Made by a program: the position numbers and the translations under genes. A DNA stretch of 64,000 nt from a virus, in IMG/VR virus record IMGVR_UViG_3300023284_001411, positions 1 to 64,000 of that record. The stretch is one strand, 5' to 3'. Below are positions 54,629-64,000 of the stretch, piece by piece. Within the stretch, counting starts at the first letter, position 1, and each line of letters opens with the position of its first letter. Under the pieces are notes generated by a model, which was not told the origin of the DNA, ran no database searches, and saw nothing but the letters and a program-made list of their open reading frames with translations.

Positions 54629-55456
54629 TCAGAAGGCTCCTCCTCCGTCGCCTTCTGAGGCCCCGCCTTCGTCTTGCTTGGTCACGTCGGCCTTGGCCGT
54701 CCCGGCCTCGACCATTCTGGACAGCTCCTTCGCTGCCAAGAACCGGGCGTCGGTGGGAGCAAGCATACTCGCCAAGATCCGATCGTGGACCTTCATCGTT
54801 GAGTCACCGCCCGTGGGGGTAACGACGAAGTTGTAGTACGTCCCCTTCTTGCCCGTCTCCCGAACGGTCGTAAGATTGACCGGGTGGGCGTAGAGCGGGG
54901 GCCGACGCTTGGTGTCGCCTGCGAGAACGGTGATCTTGTTCAAGGCCGTTCGCCAGGCGCGGTAGACCTTCAGCTTCGAAGACGTGAAGGAGATGGCGGC
55001 CGGTTCGACGGGCTCGGCCTCTTCACAAATGAACCCGTAGACGGTGATCGTCTCGACGATGTCGTTGTTCGTCTCTGGATTCTTCAGTAGTCCGAACTTG
55101 GTCGCCGTCCGCAGGCGCAGGATGAGATCAGACTCCGGGTCGTGGACGCCGACGAAGCCGCCGCCGCTGGTCCGCGGGATCCACTCGATGAAGGACTTGA
55201 CCCGAAAAGCCGGGACAAAGAGGAGCTTGTTCGTTCGGTCCTTGCTGACCGAGTTGATGATCTCCCCGGCCTTCGCGCCGTCGATGGCCTTTCCGTCCGC
55301 CCCGGTGATCTCGGGGGAGAGGTCCTGCAGGATGTTGACCCAAGGAATCAGGAGCTCGTCGCTGCTCTGATCCTGGAAGCCCTGCTCGAAGTCGTCACCG
55401 TAGTCGAACTTCTCGAGCTCAAGCTTCTCACGTTTTGTCAATGCCTTCGTCTCCAT
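54629..55456 (-). CDS. Putative ssDNA-binding / recombination protein
   Basis: LLIPWVNILQDLSPE, GAKAG and FIEW.PR..GGGFV; acidic tail ending in F; replication module. Confidence 0.55.
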   Translation of the reverse strand: METKALTKREKLELEKFDYGDDFEQGFQDQSSDELLIPWVNILQDLSPEITGADGKAIDGAKAGEIINSVSKDRTNKLLFVPAFRVKSFIEWIPRTSGGGFVGVHDPESDLILRLRTATKFGLLKNPETNNDIVETITVYGFICEEAEPVEPAAISFTSSKLKVYRAWRTALNKITVLAGDTKRRPPLYAHPVNLTTVRETGKKGTYYNFVVTPTGGDSTMKVHDRILASMLAPTDARFLAAKELSRMVEAGTAKADVTKQDEGGASEGDGGGAF

Positions 55457-55468
55457 AGTTCTATGGTC

Positions 55469-56002
55469 CTATTCTTCTGTGACCTTGGCAAAGGTCCGAT
55501 GGAAAACACTAAAACATGGAGGGAGTTCCTCCCCCTCCTCCAGAATCATCTTCCGCACCCAGGCAGCCATCGTCGAATGATGTACCTCCTTTTCCTGTTT
55601 GACGCCTGGGTATTTGCCTCGGAGAGAGTCGAGGAGTTGTATAACCTCGACCTCTTGCTCCCGGTTGAACGCTACCACCACTTGCCGCTTGATCATGCCG
55701 CCGTAGCCGTTCTTCTCGAGCCACTCATGGGCTTCGGGGCGATCGGCCTTGGTCACGCTGCCTTTGACGTCCTCGGTCAAGGTCACTTCGAAGCTTCCGA
55801 CAGTAACTCTATTATGACCAAGTTCGCTCATGAGCTCGGGGAGATGGGTCTCCTCGATTGCGGCGACCTCTTTCTCCATCTTCTTGAATTGAAACTCCGC
55901 TGCCGCAAGCTCCTTTCGCTTGTCGCGGAGGTGACGGACCATGTTAATCAACTTGGCCATCTGCTCCGGCAAAACCTTCTCGAAGTCGTCTCCGTAATCC
56001 AT
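55469..56002 (-). CDS. Conserved phage replication-module protein
   Basis: LPELMSELG, AHEWLEKNGYGGMIK and VHHSTMAAWVR. Confidence 0.7.
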   Translation of the reverse strand: MDYGDDFEKVLPEQMAKLINMVRHLRDKRKELAAAEFQFKKMEKEVAAIEETHLPELMSELGHNRVTVGSFEVTLTEDVKGSVTKADRPEAHEWLEKNGYGGMIKRQVVVAFNREQEVEVIQLLDSLRGKYPGVKQEKEVHHSTMAAWVRKMILEEGEELPPCFSVFHRTFAKVTEE

Positions 56003-56020
56003 CCTGTTCTCCTTTGAGTG

Positions 56021-56037
56021 AGAGTCTATCCTACCAC
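56021..56037 (-). promoter_or_regulatory. Repeated extended -10 motif GTGGTAGGATAGACTCT
   Basis: Identical 17-mer at 57933-57949; core GTGGTA(G/C/T)GATAG also at 23198, 24573 and 59629. Confidence 0.6.
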
Positions 56038-56039
56038 GA

Positions 56040-57539
56040 TCAAAGCCATTCTCGAAGCTTATCTTTTGTAATTGTCGAAGCGAGCGTGCGCTTCTCGCGG
56101 AGCGAGTCGATGATGTGGGAGTCCACGGTGTTGATGCCGCAGAGGTCGATGTAGAGGACCGAGTTCGTCTGCCCGATGCGGTGGGCGCGGTCCTCGGACT
56201 GTAGGCGATGCTCGAAATTGAAGCTGTTGGAATAGTAGATCACGGTCTTCGCCCGGTGGAGTGTTAGGCCGACGCCCGCAGCCGCGGGGTTGCCCACAAA
56301 GAAGCGGACGTCTCCATCCTGGAACCGGTTCCGGGCGATCTGGCGCTCGCGGTCGTTGACCTTTCCGTCGAAGCGTACGGCGTGCGCCCCAAGCTCCGCA
56401 CAGATCTGGTTGATGTCCTCGCGGAACCGCGCCCAAATGATAGCCGAGCCGTCGACGTCGGTGAGGGTGTCCAGGAGGAGCTTTAGCCGGGGGTTCTCCG
56501 GGAGCCGTTGTAACTTGTGTTTGTCGTCGACGACATAGCCGCATGTCAGCTGCTGCAGCCGCAGGAGTCGCGTAATCACAAGCGGCGCCGTAATGAGCTC
56601 TCCGGAATCCAGGAAGGTCATGAAGTCGCGGATGAGGTCCTCATAGATCTTCCTCTGCTGCGATGAGAGGTCGAAGTACCGCTTTGTGTATAGCTTGGGC
56701 GGAAGGTCAAGGACATCCTCTTTTAGGACGCGAGTCGTGTGCTCGGCCACGGTGTCCGACAGAATCTCAAGGTTCTTGTATTCCACGAGGTCCGGGAAGC
56801 GCCTCTCATTAGACCTACCCTCGTTTGCCACTCGTGTCACCCAGACCCCGAAGAAGGTCTTGAAGGCGAAGAAGTCCCCGAAGCCGCGGTCCTTCCAGAA
56901 TCGCTCGTCGAGGAACTTCATTTGGGAGTAGATATCGAAGGGGCTGTTCGTGATCGGCGTCCCAGAGAGGATTCTCTTGTAGGTCGCTCGGCGCCCAGAC
57001 GCGACCACGGAGATGGTCCGCTTGGCCTTGGGGCTCTTGATCCGCTGCGACTCGTCGAGGACGTAAAAGGTGTTCCGCTCATGGAGGAACTTCTCCGCAA
57101 ACTGCCGTCCCTTCTTGGTCATGAAGGCGTCGTAACTCATCGTGACGATCGGGAACCCCCGGTAGGCCAGGACCTCCTCGCAGGCTTGCTTATGCCACTT
57201 GGTCAAGGCTCGCTTCGACTGGTAGACGTGGACCTTGATGGGGACGTCCTCGGGCATATGGGCCGGGATCTCGTCCGTGGCCCAGTTTACCTGAACGCCG
57301 TTTGGCGCCAGGACCAGGAGCCCGTCGGCCTTCTGCGCCCGCCAGAGGTGGGCGGCCGTGTCGAGGATGAGCTTCGTTTTCCCCGTGCCCTGCTCCCAGA
57401 GGATGCCGCGGACCTCGCGATCCTTGCTAATCATCCACTCCGTGGCCTGATGCTCCAGGGGATCTGTCTTGAATGTTAGTGCTGTTGCGACGGTGAACTC
57501 ATCCCAACCAAGATCGGATTTTGTCATGTGGTTCCCCAT
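56040..57539 (-). CDS. SNF2-family (SF2) helicase
   Basis: EQGTGKT, VLDESQRIK, LSGTP, GVGLTL and QSEDRAHRIGQ. Confidence 0.92.
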   Translation of the reverse strand: MGNHMTKSDLGWDEFTVATALTFKTDPLEHQATEWMISKDREVRGILWEQGTGKTKLILDTAAHLWRAQKADGLLVLAPNGVQVNWATDEIPAHMPEDVPIKVHVYQSKRALTKWHKQACEEVLAYRGFPIVTMSYDAFMTKKGRQFAEKFLHERNTFYVLDESQRIKSPKAKRTISVVASGRRATYKRILSGTPITNSPFDIYSQMKFLDERFWKDRGFGDFFAFKTFFGVWVTRVANEGRSNERRFPDLVEYKNLEILSDTVAEHTTRVLKEDVLDLPPKLYTKRYFDLSSQQRKIYEDLIRDFMTFLDSGELITAPLVITRLLRLQQLTCGYVVDDKHKLQRLPENPRLKLLLDTLTDVDGSAIIWARFREDINQICAELGAHAVRFDGKVNDRERQIARNRFQDGDVRFFVGNPAAAGVGLTLHRAKTVIYYSNSFNFEHRLQSEDRAHRIGQTNSVLYIDLCGINTVDSHIIDSLREKRTLASTITKDKLREWL

Positions 57540-57540
57540 A

Positions 57541-57570
57541 AAAACAGCCCAGGACCAAGGTCCCAGGCTG
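57541..57570 (-). terminator. Probable terminator hairpin
   Basis: CAGCCTGGGACC-TT-GGTCCTGGGCTG then TTTT (stem includes G-U pairs). Confidence 0.5.
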
Positions 57571-57620
57571 TCAAAGGAGGGAAGGAATTCAAATCCCTCC
57601 TATTATAACCAGCCTGGGGG

Positions 57621-57911
57621 TTAGAAGGCGCTTGGAGTTTCAGTTTTTCCCCCGCCGCTGCCGATTTTGCCTTGCACTATACAAAGTTCACGGTAGGCTG
57701 CCTGTAGAACAAGAATCAGGGCCGGGATCTCGCGATCCGAAAAAGACGTCGTGCTTTCCCATTTGCCGGTAGCAGGGTTCTTGTAGCTCTTGCTGGCCTT
57801 GAAGTTGTACCAAGGATGCTTGGTCTTCTCGTTTATATGGGTCCAGACCGAAACCTGGACCGGCCATGCCTCGAGCTTGAAATCGGGCGGTCGCTGCCTT
57901 TCACTCATCAT
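57621..57911 (-). CDS. Small putative nucleic-acid-binding protein
   Basis: VQVSVW...YNFKASKSYKN..GKWESTTSF pattern; AGGAGG SD. Confidence 0.6.
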   Translation of the reverse strand: MMSERQRPPDFKLEAWPVQVSVWTHINEKTKHPWYNFKASKSYKNPATGKWESTTSFSDREIPALILVLQAAYRELCIVQGKIGSGGGKTETPSAF

Positions 57912-57949
57912 ATTCCTCCTATGAGATTGTAAAGAGTCTATCCTACCAC

Positions 57950-59302
57950 TTACTTCGAGGCGGTCCTAACTCTTTCTTCATCCTTTGCCCAAACTACATG
58001 GCTCCCGCGGATGCCCGTGCGGTCGTAGCGGCAAGCTTCAACGGACTTGATGGGGTGGCCGAGCCATCCGTTTTTGTAGTGGTAGGCATCGGTCGCGCAG
58101 AGGCAGGGGTTCATCCGGATGATCAGTTCGTTTGTTGACATGAGTCCTTGAACCCACTTCTCATCCTTGCGATGTTTGTGACCGATCTGGAGTTCGCGGT
58201 AGGTGGCGTCGTCCCATTTCCCGCGGGTCTCCCGGGAGAACGTCGAGAAGGTGTTGGTGAGCTTGAGATCCTTCCCGTGCTCCCAGCCCAGGAGTGTGCC
58301 TCCGAAGCTGGCGTATTTGCGGGAGGTCGCGTCCATATCAAACGTTACGCGGGGGTCGTTGAGAAAACGTTGGTTGAGGGCGGAGATGATTCCGTAGCTG
58401 GACGAGGGGTCGTGATTTCCGGGGACGTAGAACGCCCGCACGTCGTCGGTTAGCTCGAGCGCCCGGTTGATCATGTGCGCCAGGCAGTTTAGGCCGGTCT
58501 CATATACCTTCTGGTAGCGCGAGTCGGAGTCAAGGGGCGCGGTCTCCTGCGCGGTCATCTTCCGGACGGAGTCGTAGTGCATGTAATCGTTGCCGATCGG
58601 CATCCAGATCCTGTCGATGGGGTAAAGGGAAAGCTCTTCCACCATATCATCAATAGAATTCATGACGCGATGCTTCGCGATGTGGACGTCGTAGTCGTTA
58701 CCGGTCTCCCCGCGCCATGCGTACATCCCGATGTGGACATCCCAAAGGCCCCAGCTCACGGCGTAGCCTCCGTCTTTCTTCGTCTTTTTCCGCCCGAGCT
58801 TCAGCTTCGGCAAGGGCCTGACGTTCTGACTGCCGAACTCAATGATGGCTCTTGCCAGAGGGTCAGAAACGGCCCGGGTAAACCCTACTCCGGAGGCGAA
58901 GAACTGGACCTTCTTGTTAGACGCGAGCTTCTGTCCCGTCTTCTCATCTATGATGTCTACACGGTGAGTTCCCTGCCAGGTTTTTAGCTTGCCGCTGCTG
59001 AGTACCCACTTTCTCAGGTCGACTTTCGCCAGGCTCGCCAGCTCTTCACCATTTAGCGGGCGATCCATTTTCAGGATGTCCACAGTTCCATCGATATCCA
59101 GCTTATCTATGATCTGGTTGACAGGCTGATCAGGCGGTGGGCCACATTTCTCGGTTCCGACCTGCTCGATCTTTTTCAGCGCTCGATGGATGGTTGAGCC
59201 GTTGACACCGATCTTATCCCCAATCTCCCGCGCAGTCCAGCCTTGGCGGTGTAGCTCAATTGCTTCGCGGATTTGGTCCGCGGTTAGCTTTTGCAGCCCC
59301 AT
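57950..59302 (-). CDS. HTH + calcineurin-like metallophosphoesterase
   Basis: N-terminal HTH (WTAREIGDKIGVNGSTIHR); DVHIG, GNDYMH, GNHD, EHG and GHKH motifs. Confidence 0.8.
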   Translation of the reverse strand: MGLQKLTADQIREAIELHRQGWTAREIGDKIGVNGSTIHRALKKIEQVGTEKCGPPPDQPVNQIIDKLDIDGTVDILKMDRPLNGEELASLAKVDLRKWVLSSGKLKTWQGTHRVDIIDEKTGQKLASNKKVQFFASGVGFTRAVSDPLARAIIEFGSQNVRPLPKLKLGRKKTKKDGGYAVSWGLWDVHIGMYAWRGETGNDYDVHIAKHRVMNSIDDMVEELSLYPIDRIWMPIGNDYMHYDSVRKMTAQETAPLDSDSRYQKVYETGLNCLAHMINRALELTDDVRAFYVPGNHDPSSSYGIISALNQRFLNDPRVTFDMDATSRKYASFGGTLLGWEHGKDLKLTNTFSTFSRETRGKWDDATYRELQIGHKHRKDEKWVQGLMSTNELIIRMNPCLCATDAYHYKNGWLGHPIKSVEACRYDRTGIRGSHVVWAKDEERVRTASK

Positions 59303-59316
59303 CCTTTCCTCCTCAG

Positions 59317-59619
59317 TTAGTCGTCTTTGTCAAGTAGGGCGTCCACTTTCGTCACGAGAACCCGTTGCTCGATGATGAGCTCTTGCTGGGCCATGAGCAT
59401 TCGGCCCACGGCCTTCTCGAGTTTCCCCACGCTCTCGGCGTTGCTCTTAATGGCTGCCGTCGTTTCGCCGCGTTCCATGATCCATGGTGAGCGTGTCTTA
59501 ACGTGCTCCATCAGTTCGGGTCGAGTGACCTTGTCCTGGCCGAAGACCATCCAGCTGGCCGCGCCGGTCAAAAGAATAGAGGTGAGAGCGGCGACCAATA
59601 TTTTGAGTAGGTCTTTCAT
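59317..59619 (-). CDS. Single-TM coiled-coil protein (possible lysis accessory)
   Basis: N-terminal hydrophobic helix; first gene after the tail-tip gene. Confidence 0.5.
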   Translation of the reverse strand: MKDLLKILVAALTSILLTGAASWMVFGQDKVTRPELMEHVKTRSPWIMERGETTAAIKSNAESVGKLEKAVGRMLMAQQELIIEQRVLVTKVDALLDKDD

Positions 59620-59643
59620 GCCACGTTCCTATCATACCACCGA

Positions 59644-62628
59644 TCAGGTCGTGAGTATAGCGTAAGCTTCAACAGAACTTGTGGGAGCGCTGACTTGCAG
59701 AAATGTCTCGGACACGGAGCCGCCCGACTGGGTATGGCGAACTTTAATTGTATCGCCCGACATGACCCCTGTCAAGGTGCCAGTGGTAGCGGTGGCGGCG
59801 ATGATGGTGTTGAAGCCGAGCGCGTTGATCTCGGCCTCGACGATGCCCGTCGCGAACGCCGTCCCAATTTCAAAGGGGTAGCTTCCAGTATCCGGCGCCG
59901 AATAAGTAGAGGAGGCGACATTAGGCGCCAAATTACCATAATTTGTGTCATTGTCAAGGGTCGAGGCGTCCAGGTTGAACTCGTGGCGCAGGTCCTCCGT
60001 TGCCGAGCGGACTATGCTCTCGAACGTGTGACGAGTGCCGACCTTGACCGCCACCCGGGTTGGGATGACGCCTGCGGTGTTGCGGAGGATCAGCGTCCGG
60101 GAGAGGAAGATGTTTTTCGTGTTGGCGAATGCCGCCGTAAAGAGGGAGGTCGGCGAGCCATCGGGATCGTCGATGATCTCCGCGTCGTACTCCGTCGTGT
60201 TCACCGCCGGGAATGTCGGGTTGAGTGTGGCCGCGTCGGTCTGTATGGATGACGTTTCGTCCCCGGTCCGGAAGTCCTTCCGGATGAACTCCACCTCGAA
60301 GCCCCGGTCGTCCAGCCCTGAGCCGCCGGCCTTCAGGGTGTCGATGTCGGCGGAAGTGTCGTAGAGGACTGTATTTATCTTCATCTGCGCGGGTGGGTAG
60401 GGTAGCCGCTCGCGGTTTGCCATGGTGATCTGGACCGTGATCGCGTCCCCCTCCAGCACTACATCCGTCCGGCTCTCGGATCGTACCTGTACATCCACAA
60501 CGTTGGGCTGGGGAATGGTGCCCAGGCTCAGCCCGCCGTTGATGAAGATCAGATAGACCGATGCGTCGATGGCGTGGTCCTTGGGCGTGGTGTCCAGGAG
60601 CCCGCGCCAGCAATTCGTCAGGTCGATATGGGTCGTCTGGTCCGTGAAACCCTCAAAGGCGATAAACTCGTCGTCGATTAGGATCAGATTCGTGAGGTTC
60701 TGCCCAATGTCGCTCGCCTCGGGGGTTTCGGACATACTCAGGAGCATGCTCGCCACCGTGTCTTCGCCCGGGTCCACCCCCACCGTCGCGGTCCCCGCTT
60801 GGTCGCCGGAGGTCAGAGCTGCCCGAAGGTCCCCGATCTTGAAGAAGCCCGGGACGTCGCCCTCGTTTGTGAACGCACCCGCGGGCGTCGTTGGGTGGTT
60901 TCGCTGGTAGATCGTGAAGGTGATGGCCTGGGCCTCCTGAGCGCGGCCTCCACACCAGATACGGTCGCCCACACCCGGGTTATCCTCATCGCGGTTGACG
61001 AAGGCTTTAGGCGCTTCGATGATCACCGACTGCACCGCGGGGATGGCCGTGACGTCCTGGACCGGAGGTAACCAAAGCGTGTCATCCGGTTCTCCCGAGA
61101 ACGGGAGGGCGAAGACAAAGACATCCTCAATCAGCTGTAGCTGGATCTTCCCATCGGTGAGTGTTCCGAAGTCGATCCGGGCAACCCGCATGGGTTGCTT
61201 TGTAAAGCCCAGGGTAGCGTCGGTCCACGCCACGACGTCGGCTGGCTTTATCTGCCAGAGGCTGCGGTCTACCGTGATGTTAGCCTTGGCCAAGGGGCGG
61301 CTAATCATCTTTATGGTCCGGGAGGCGATGTTATTGGCCAGGGTTTTGTCCTTCACTCCCGGGTATTTCTCGGTAACTGCCACGAGTCGCCCGCCCTGGA
61401 TCCTCTGGTTCGCCAGGTTTTGCGACTGAGCAAATGTGCCAAAATAGTCACGGTCGCGGTCCACAAACTGGACCCTGACCTGATTGGCCGTCTCCGACCA
61501 CGTCCCTCGGGAGAAGTCATTGACGCTGATGATGTTCGCGGAGGTTATCTGGGGGATTGTGTCGATGTCGTACCCACCTCGAGCGAGGTTGATCTTCAAC
61601 TTCCCGGTTTCATGGTCCAGGAAGAGTACCCCATCGATCTGTCGCTCAACTTCCTGAAGGAAGTCCACGGCCTCCAAGGCGCGGTCGAGGATCATCGAGA
61701 AACCATTGCCCTCGGTAAAGAGAGTCGCCGCCGCGGCCTGGAAGTTGACCAAATCAATGTCCGTGGCCGGGAAGCCCAGGCCCCAGTCATTGTCCGTTAG
61801 AACCTCGTAGATCACCTCCATTGGGTTGGAGTCCCCGCCCGAGCCGATGGCGCCGCCGATGATGTGCGTGTCGCTGGGTAAGCTGAGGTTGTCGGGGAAC
61901 CGTTGGAGCTCGAATTTCCACGGCTTGATCTGGGTAGAGTTACCGATGTACCCGCCCTCGAAAACCGCGTAGCACGTCCCGCGGTAGGCCGGCTGCGGGG
62001 TCTGGAAAGTCGAGAGATAGGTATCCACCAGCTGGGTCTCATTGCCAGGATGGACGCGCAGGTCGCCCTCTATGCCGCCTGTTCCGAACTTGTCGCCACC
62101 GAAGAAGTCCGGTTTAACGATGGAGACATCAGCATCGTCCACGACGAAAAGGGCCTTGAGGGTTCCATCTCCGACCCAGATCGTGGTCATGGCGTCGATG
62201 ATGCCGCGGCACAGCGCGAACTGGATACCGACGAAGTATTGGAAACCGATGGTGATTCTTTTAGAGGAGAACAGCCCGGTCTTGACCTTCTCCTTGATGG
62301 GGACCTGCCGAAGGTCGCCCCACCAGACGATGTTTGGCCCTTCCATTTTGACGGTACCCCAGATGAGCGGGACCACGCGGCCCTCGATGGCGGTGGGAAA
62401 CTTGAAGTCGCCCTCCCCCGCTGGGCGAGCGTCCTCGATGTCAGGCTTCGGCCGCAGCAGCTCTGCGAGTATTGTTAGAGTCGCAGAGAGAAGGAGCCCG
62501 ATGACGATGATGACTGCTATCCCAACCGCGTGAATCTCGTTGGCTGATGTCGGATCTTTATGTGGTGCCAGTAGGGCGACCGTGAGGAGTGTGTTTTGCC
62601 AGGTAATCGATGAACGAGTAAAAGTCAT
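59644..62628 (-). CDS. Tail tip / central tail protein (GTA-like phage-tail_3)
   Basis: RPKP...FPTAIEGRVVPLIWGTV, PAYRG, NPMEVIYEVLTDNDWGLG and NQVRVQFVDR. Confidence 0.85.
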   Translation of the reverse strand: MTFTRSSITWQNTLLTVALLAPHKDPTSANEIHAVGIAVIIVIGLLLSATLTILAELLRPKPDIEDARPAGEGDFKFPTAIEGRVVPLIWGTVKMEGPNIVWWGDLRQVPIKEKVKTGLFSSKRITIGFQYFVGIQFALCRGIIDAMTTIWVGDGTLKALFVVDDADVSIVKPDFFGGDKFGTGGIEGDLRVHPGNETQLVDTYLSTFQTPQPAYRGTCYAVFEGGYIGNSTQIKPWKFELQRFPDNLSLPSDTHIIGGAIGSGGDSNPMEVIYEVLTDNDWGLGFPATDIDLVNFQAAAATLFTEGNGFSMILDRALEAVDFLQEVERQIDGVLFLDHETGKLKINLARGGYDIDTIPQITSANIISVNDFSRGTWSETANQVRVQFVDRDRDYFGTFAQSQNLANQRIQGGRLVAVTEKYPGVKDKTLANNIASRTIKMISRPLAKANITVDRSLWQIKPADVVAWTDATLGFTKQPMRVARIDFGTLTDGKIQLQLIEDVFVFALPFSGEPDDTLWLPPVQDVTAIPAVQSVIIEAPKAFVNRDEDNPGVGDRIWCGGRAQEAQAITFTIYQRNHPTTPAGAFTNEGDVPGFFKIGDLRAALTSGDQAGTATVGVDPGEDTVASMLLSMSETPEASDIGQNLTNLILIDDEFIAFEGFTDQTTHIDLTNCWRGLLDTTPKDHAIDASVYLIFINGGLSLGTIPQPNVVDVQVRSESRTDVVLEGDAITVQITMANRERLPYPPAQMKINTVLYDTSADIDTLKAGGSGLDDRGFEVEFIRKDFRTGDETSSIQTDAATLNPTFPAVNTTEYDAEIIDDPDGSPTSLFTAAFANTKNIFLSRTLILRNTAGVIPTRVAVKVGTRHTFESIVRSATEDLRHEFNLDASTLDNDTNYGNLAPNVASSTYSAPDTGSYPFEIGTAFATGIVEAEINALGFNTIIAATATTGTLTGVMSGDTIKVRHTQSGGSVSETFLQVSAPTSSVEAYAILTT

Positions 62629-62634
62629 AAGTTC

Positions 62635-63468
62635 TTAGTCCAAGCCAGTTTCAAAGATGTTCTTCGTTGAAACATAGGGGAAGCCGCCAAAGTTGATGCC
62701 GTTTGCGAATTTGTTGACGCAGTCGAGCTGTATTCGAAGCTTGCATCCGGCCAGGCATCGTACCGTTTGGCTCAGCGGACTCAGGATGAAAGGTAGATGG
62801 ATGGTGAGGTCGTTATTACCCGCCCCACCCTGGGCGATAACCATTCGGAAATCACTATCGAACGCAATGAACCCTTGCTCGAAGAAGTCGGAGCCGAAGG
62901 ATCCGGCGGTGTCTACTGTCAGGACTGTCTTATCGGCGCTGACTGCAGAGACGTTCAGGAACTTTTCAAAGCTCGCATCGTTCTCCGAAATCTTGCACCG
63001 TGCGTCATAGAGCATGTGGTTACACAGATTGGAGTAAACGAAGCGGGGGATGATGCGGCTGCGTGCCGTTGTGATCGGCGCCACCTTCATATTCACTTCC
63101 CGGTTGTTGTTGGTGAATGCAACCGTTTGAACGTCCCCCTTGAAGATCACCACTGTCTCTTTAGCGAGGTCGTTTCTGTGGGTTCGATACACCGTCAGGG
63201 TCGACAGCACACCCGGGACCGCCGTGAGGTACTTGGCCACAAACGTATTGTTCGATGGTACCTTGACCTCGAGTTGGTCCGAGGTCTTTTCCCCCAGTTC
63301 CAGGACCAGTTTCCCGCGAGAGATGGCGGTTGCGACGAAGGTCCCGCCCAGGATGACGACGTTGGTCTGGTTAGAGGTGAAGCGAAATTGATCGCTGCCC
63401 AAGCGGAAGTCGTAGAGCTCGATCGGCTCCCCAGACTCAGCGCTGATTTCTTGTGCGTTAAAACTCAT
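62635..63468 (-). CDS. Tail assembly protein (DUF2163 / BR0599 family)
   Basis: GEPIELYDF, CNHMLYDARC and AGCKL...CVNKFANGINFGGFPYV. Confidence 0.88.
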   Translation of the reverse strand: MSFNAQEISAESGEPIELYDFRLGSDQFRFTSNQTNVVILGGTFVATAISRGKLVLELGEKTSDQLEVKVPSNNTFVAKYLTAVPGVLSTLTVYRTHRNDLAKETVVIFKGDVQTVAFTNNNREVNMKVAPITTARSRIIPRFVYSNLCNHMLYDARCKISENDASFEKFLNVSAVSADKTVLTVDTAGSFGSDFFEQGFIAFDSDFRMVIAQGGAGNNDLTIHLPFILSPLSQTVRCLAGCKLRIQLDCVNKFANGINFGGFPYVSTKNIFETGLD

Positions 63469-64000
63469 TCCAGCACCGCCACGACAGGGACTCGAACTGT
63501 CGCATCTCCTATTCCGCTGGTGTGAGTGATGGTCACGTCGTCGCTGTCCATCCGCACCTCCTCGATGAACTCCACCCGGGTAAAGTCTGCCAGCGCGACA
63601 TCGGTCCCCCAGGTAGAGTCTACCGTCAGGGTCTCCTCCGTGGGGCTGTTCTCGATGGAGGTCGTCACCGTGCGGATGATCTTGGTCCCGTCGTTCTTGA
63701 TCACTTGGATGATGTTCCGGGGCTGTTGGTTCTTGATGAAGACCGTATAGCCAAAGTTCTCTACCTTGATCGTCTGACTGCCGGACGTAATGCCGGCCGT
63801 CGGCGTCATCTCCGGGAAGAAGGACGGGATATAAAAGGACGTCTGCTTCCCGCTGAGGGCGTGCAGGAGTTGGCGCACCTCCCAGAGTCGCTGGCGAGAA
63901 TTACAGAAGAAAGTCTTTGCGAACCCGCGCTTTGTCACGGGGTCATCCGTGAAGGTCTCGAAGAGGCCCACCTCATTGTCGATTACCGTAGTCTTCCGCG
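63465..64000 (-). CDS. Tail protein, 5'-partial
   Basis: Frame stays open to the window end (RKTTVIDNEVGLF...); LHALSGKQTSFYIPS and VRMDSDDVTITH. Confidence 0.75.
   Translation of the reverse strand, partial: RKTTVIDNEVGLFETFTDDPVTKRGFAKTFFCNSRQRLWEVRQLLHALSGKQTSFYIPSFFPEMTPTAGITSGSQTIKVENFGYTVFIKNQQPRNIIQVIKNDGTKIIRTVTTSIENSPTEETLTVDSTWGTDVALADFTRVEFIEEVRMDSDDVTITHTSGIGDATVRVPVVAVLE

Noticed and set aside
1-64000. Integrase, repressor/att site, rRNA, reverse transcriptase, recoded stop codons
   Set aside because: None recognised; genes read through normally in the standard code. Lifestyle and host cannot be determined from this window.

Overview
This window is part of a GC-rich tailed dsDNA phage genome with essentially all real genes on the minus strand. 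The capsid, terminase, PolA, primase-helicase and tail-tip proteins look YuA/M6-like (recognised from memory, not searched). In transcription order (64000 -> 1) it contains: tail-tip genes; replication and nucleotide genes (SNF2 helicase, HD hydrolase, dATP/dGTP diphosphohydrolase, PolA, oligoribonuclease, MT-A70 methylase, primase-helicase); an early region with repeated sigma70-like promoters; terminase small subunit; about 14 kb of accessory genes; TerL, portal, ClpP, head protein, scaffold and capsid; and repeat-rich fibre-like proteins. Two RNA-based systems stand out. (1) 42827-44349 holds a stand-alone RAMP/Cas7-like gene, a coupled partner gene and a ~400-nt non-CRISPR array of [constant GRY-type triplet + variable dinucleotide] pentamers, split into 8 units by AGGC phase breaks. 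This is a candidate RNA-guided system with a gapped code. (2) 25043-28234 holds Ro60 (TROVE) preceded by five tandem Y-RNA-like genes (two circularly permuted tRNA mimics, three minimal), flanked by a 3'-5' exonuclease and a UDG-like gene. Also seen are two orphan structured RNAs, GUGAU-loop hairpins in the scaffold and capsid leaders, a 26-aa K/R/G micro-protein, a DUF3445 enzyme and a Cys/His N-terminal motif shared by three unrelated proteins. All family calls come from motif recognition by eye; no searches were run.
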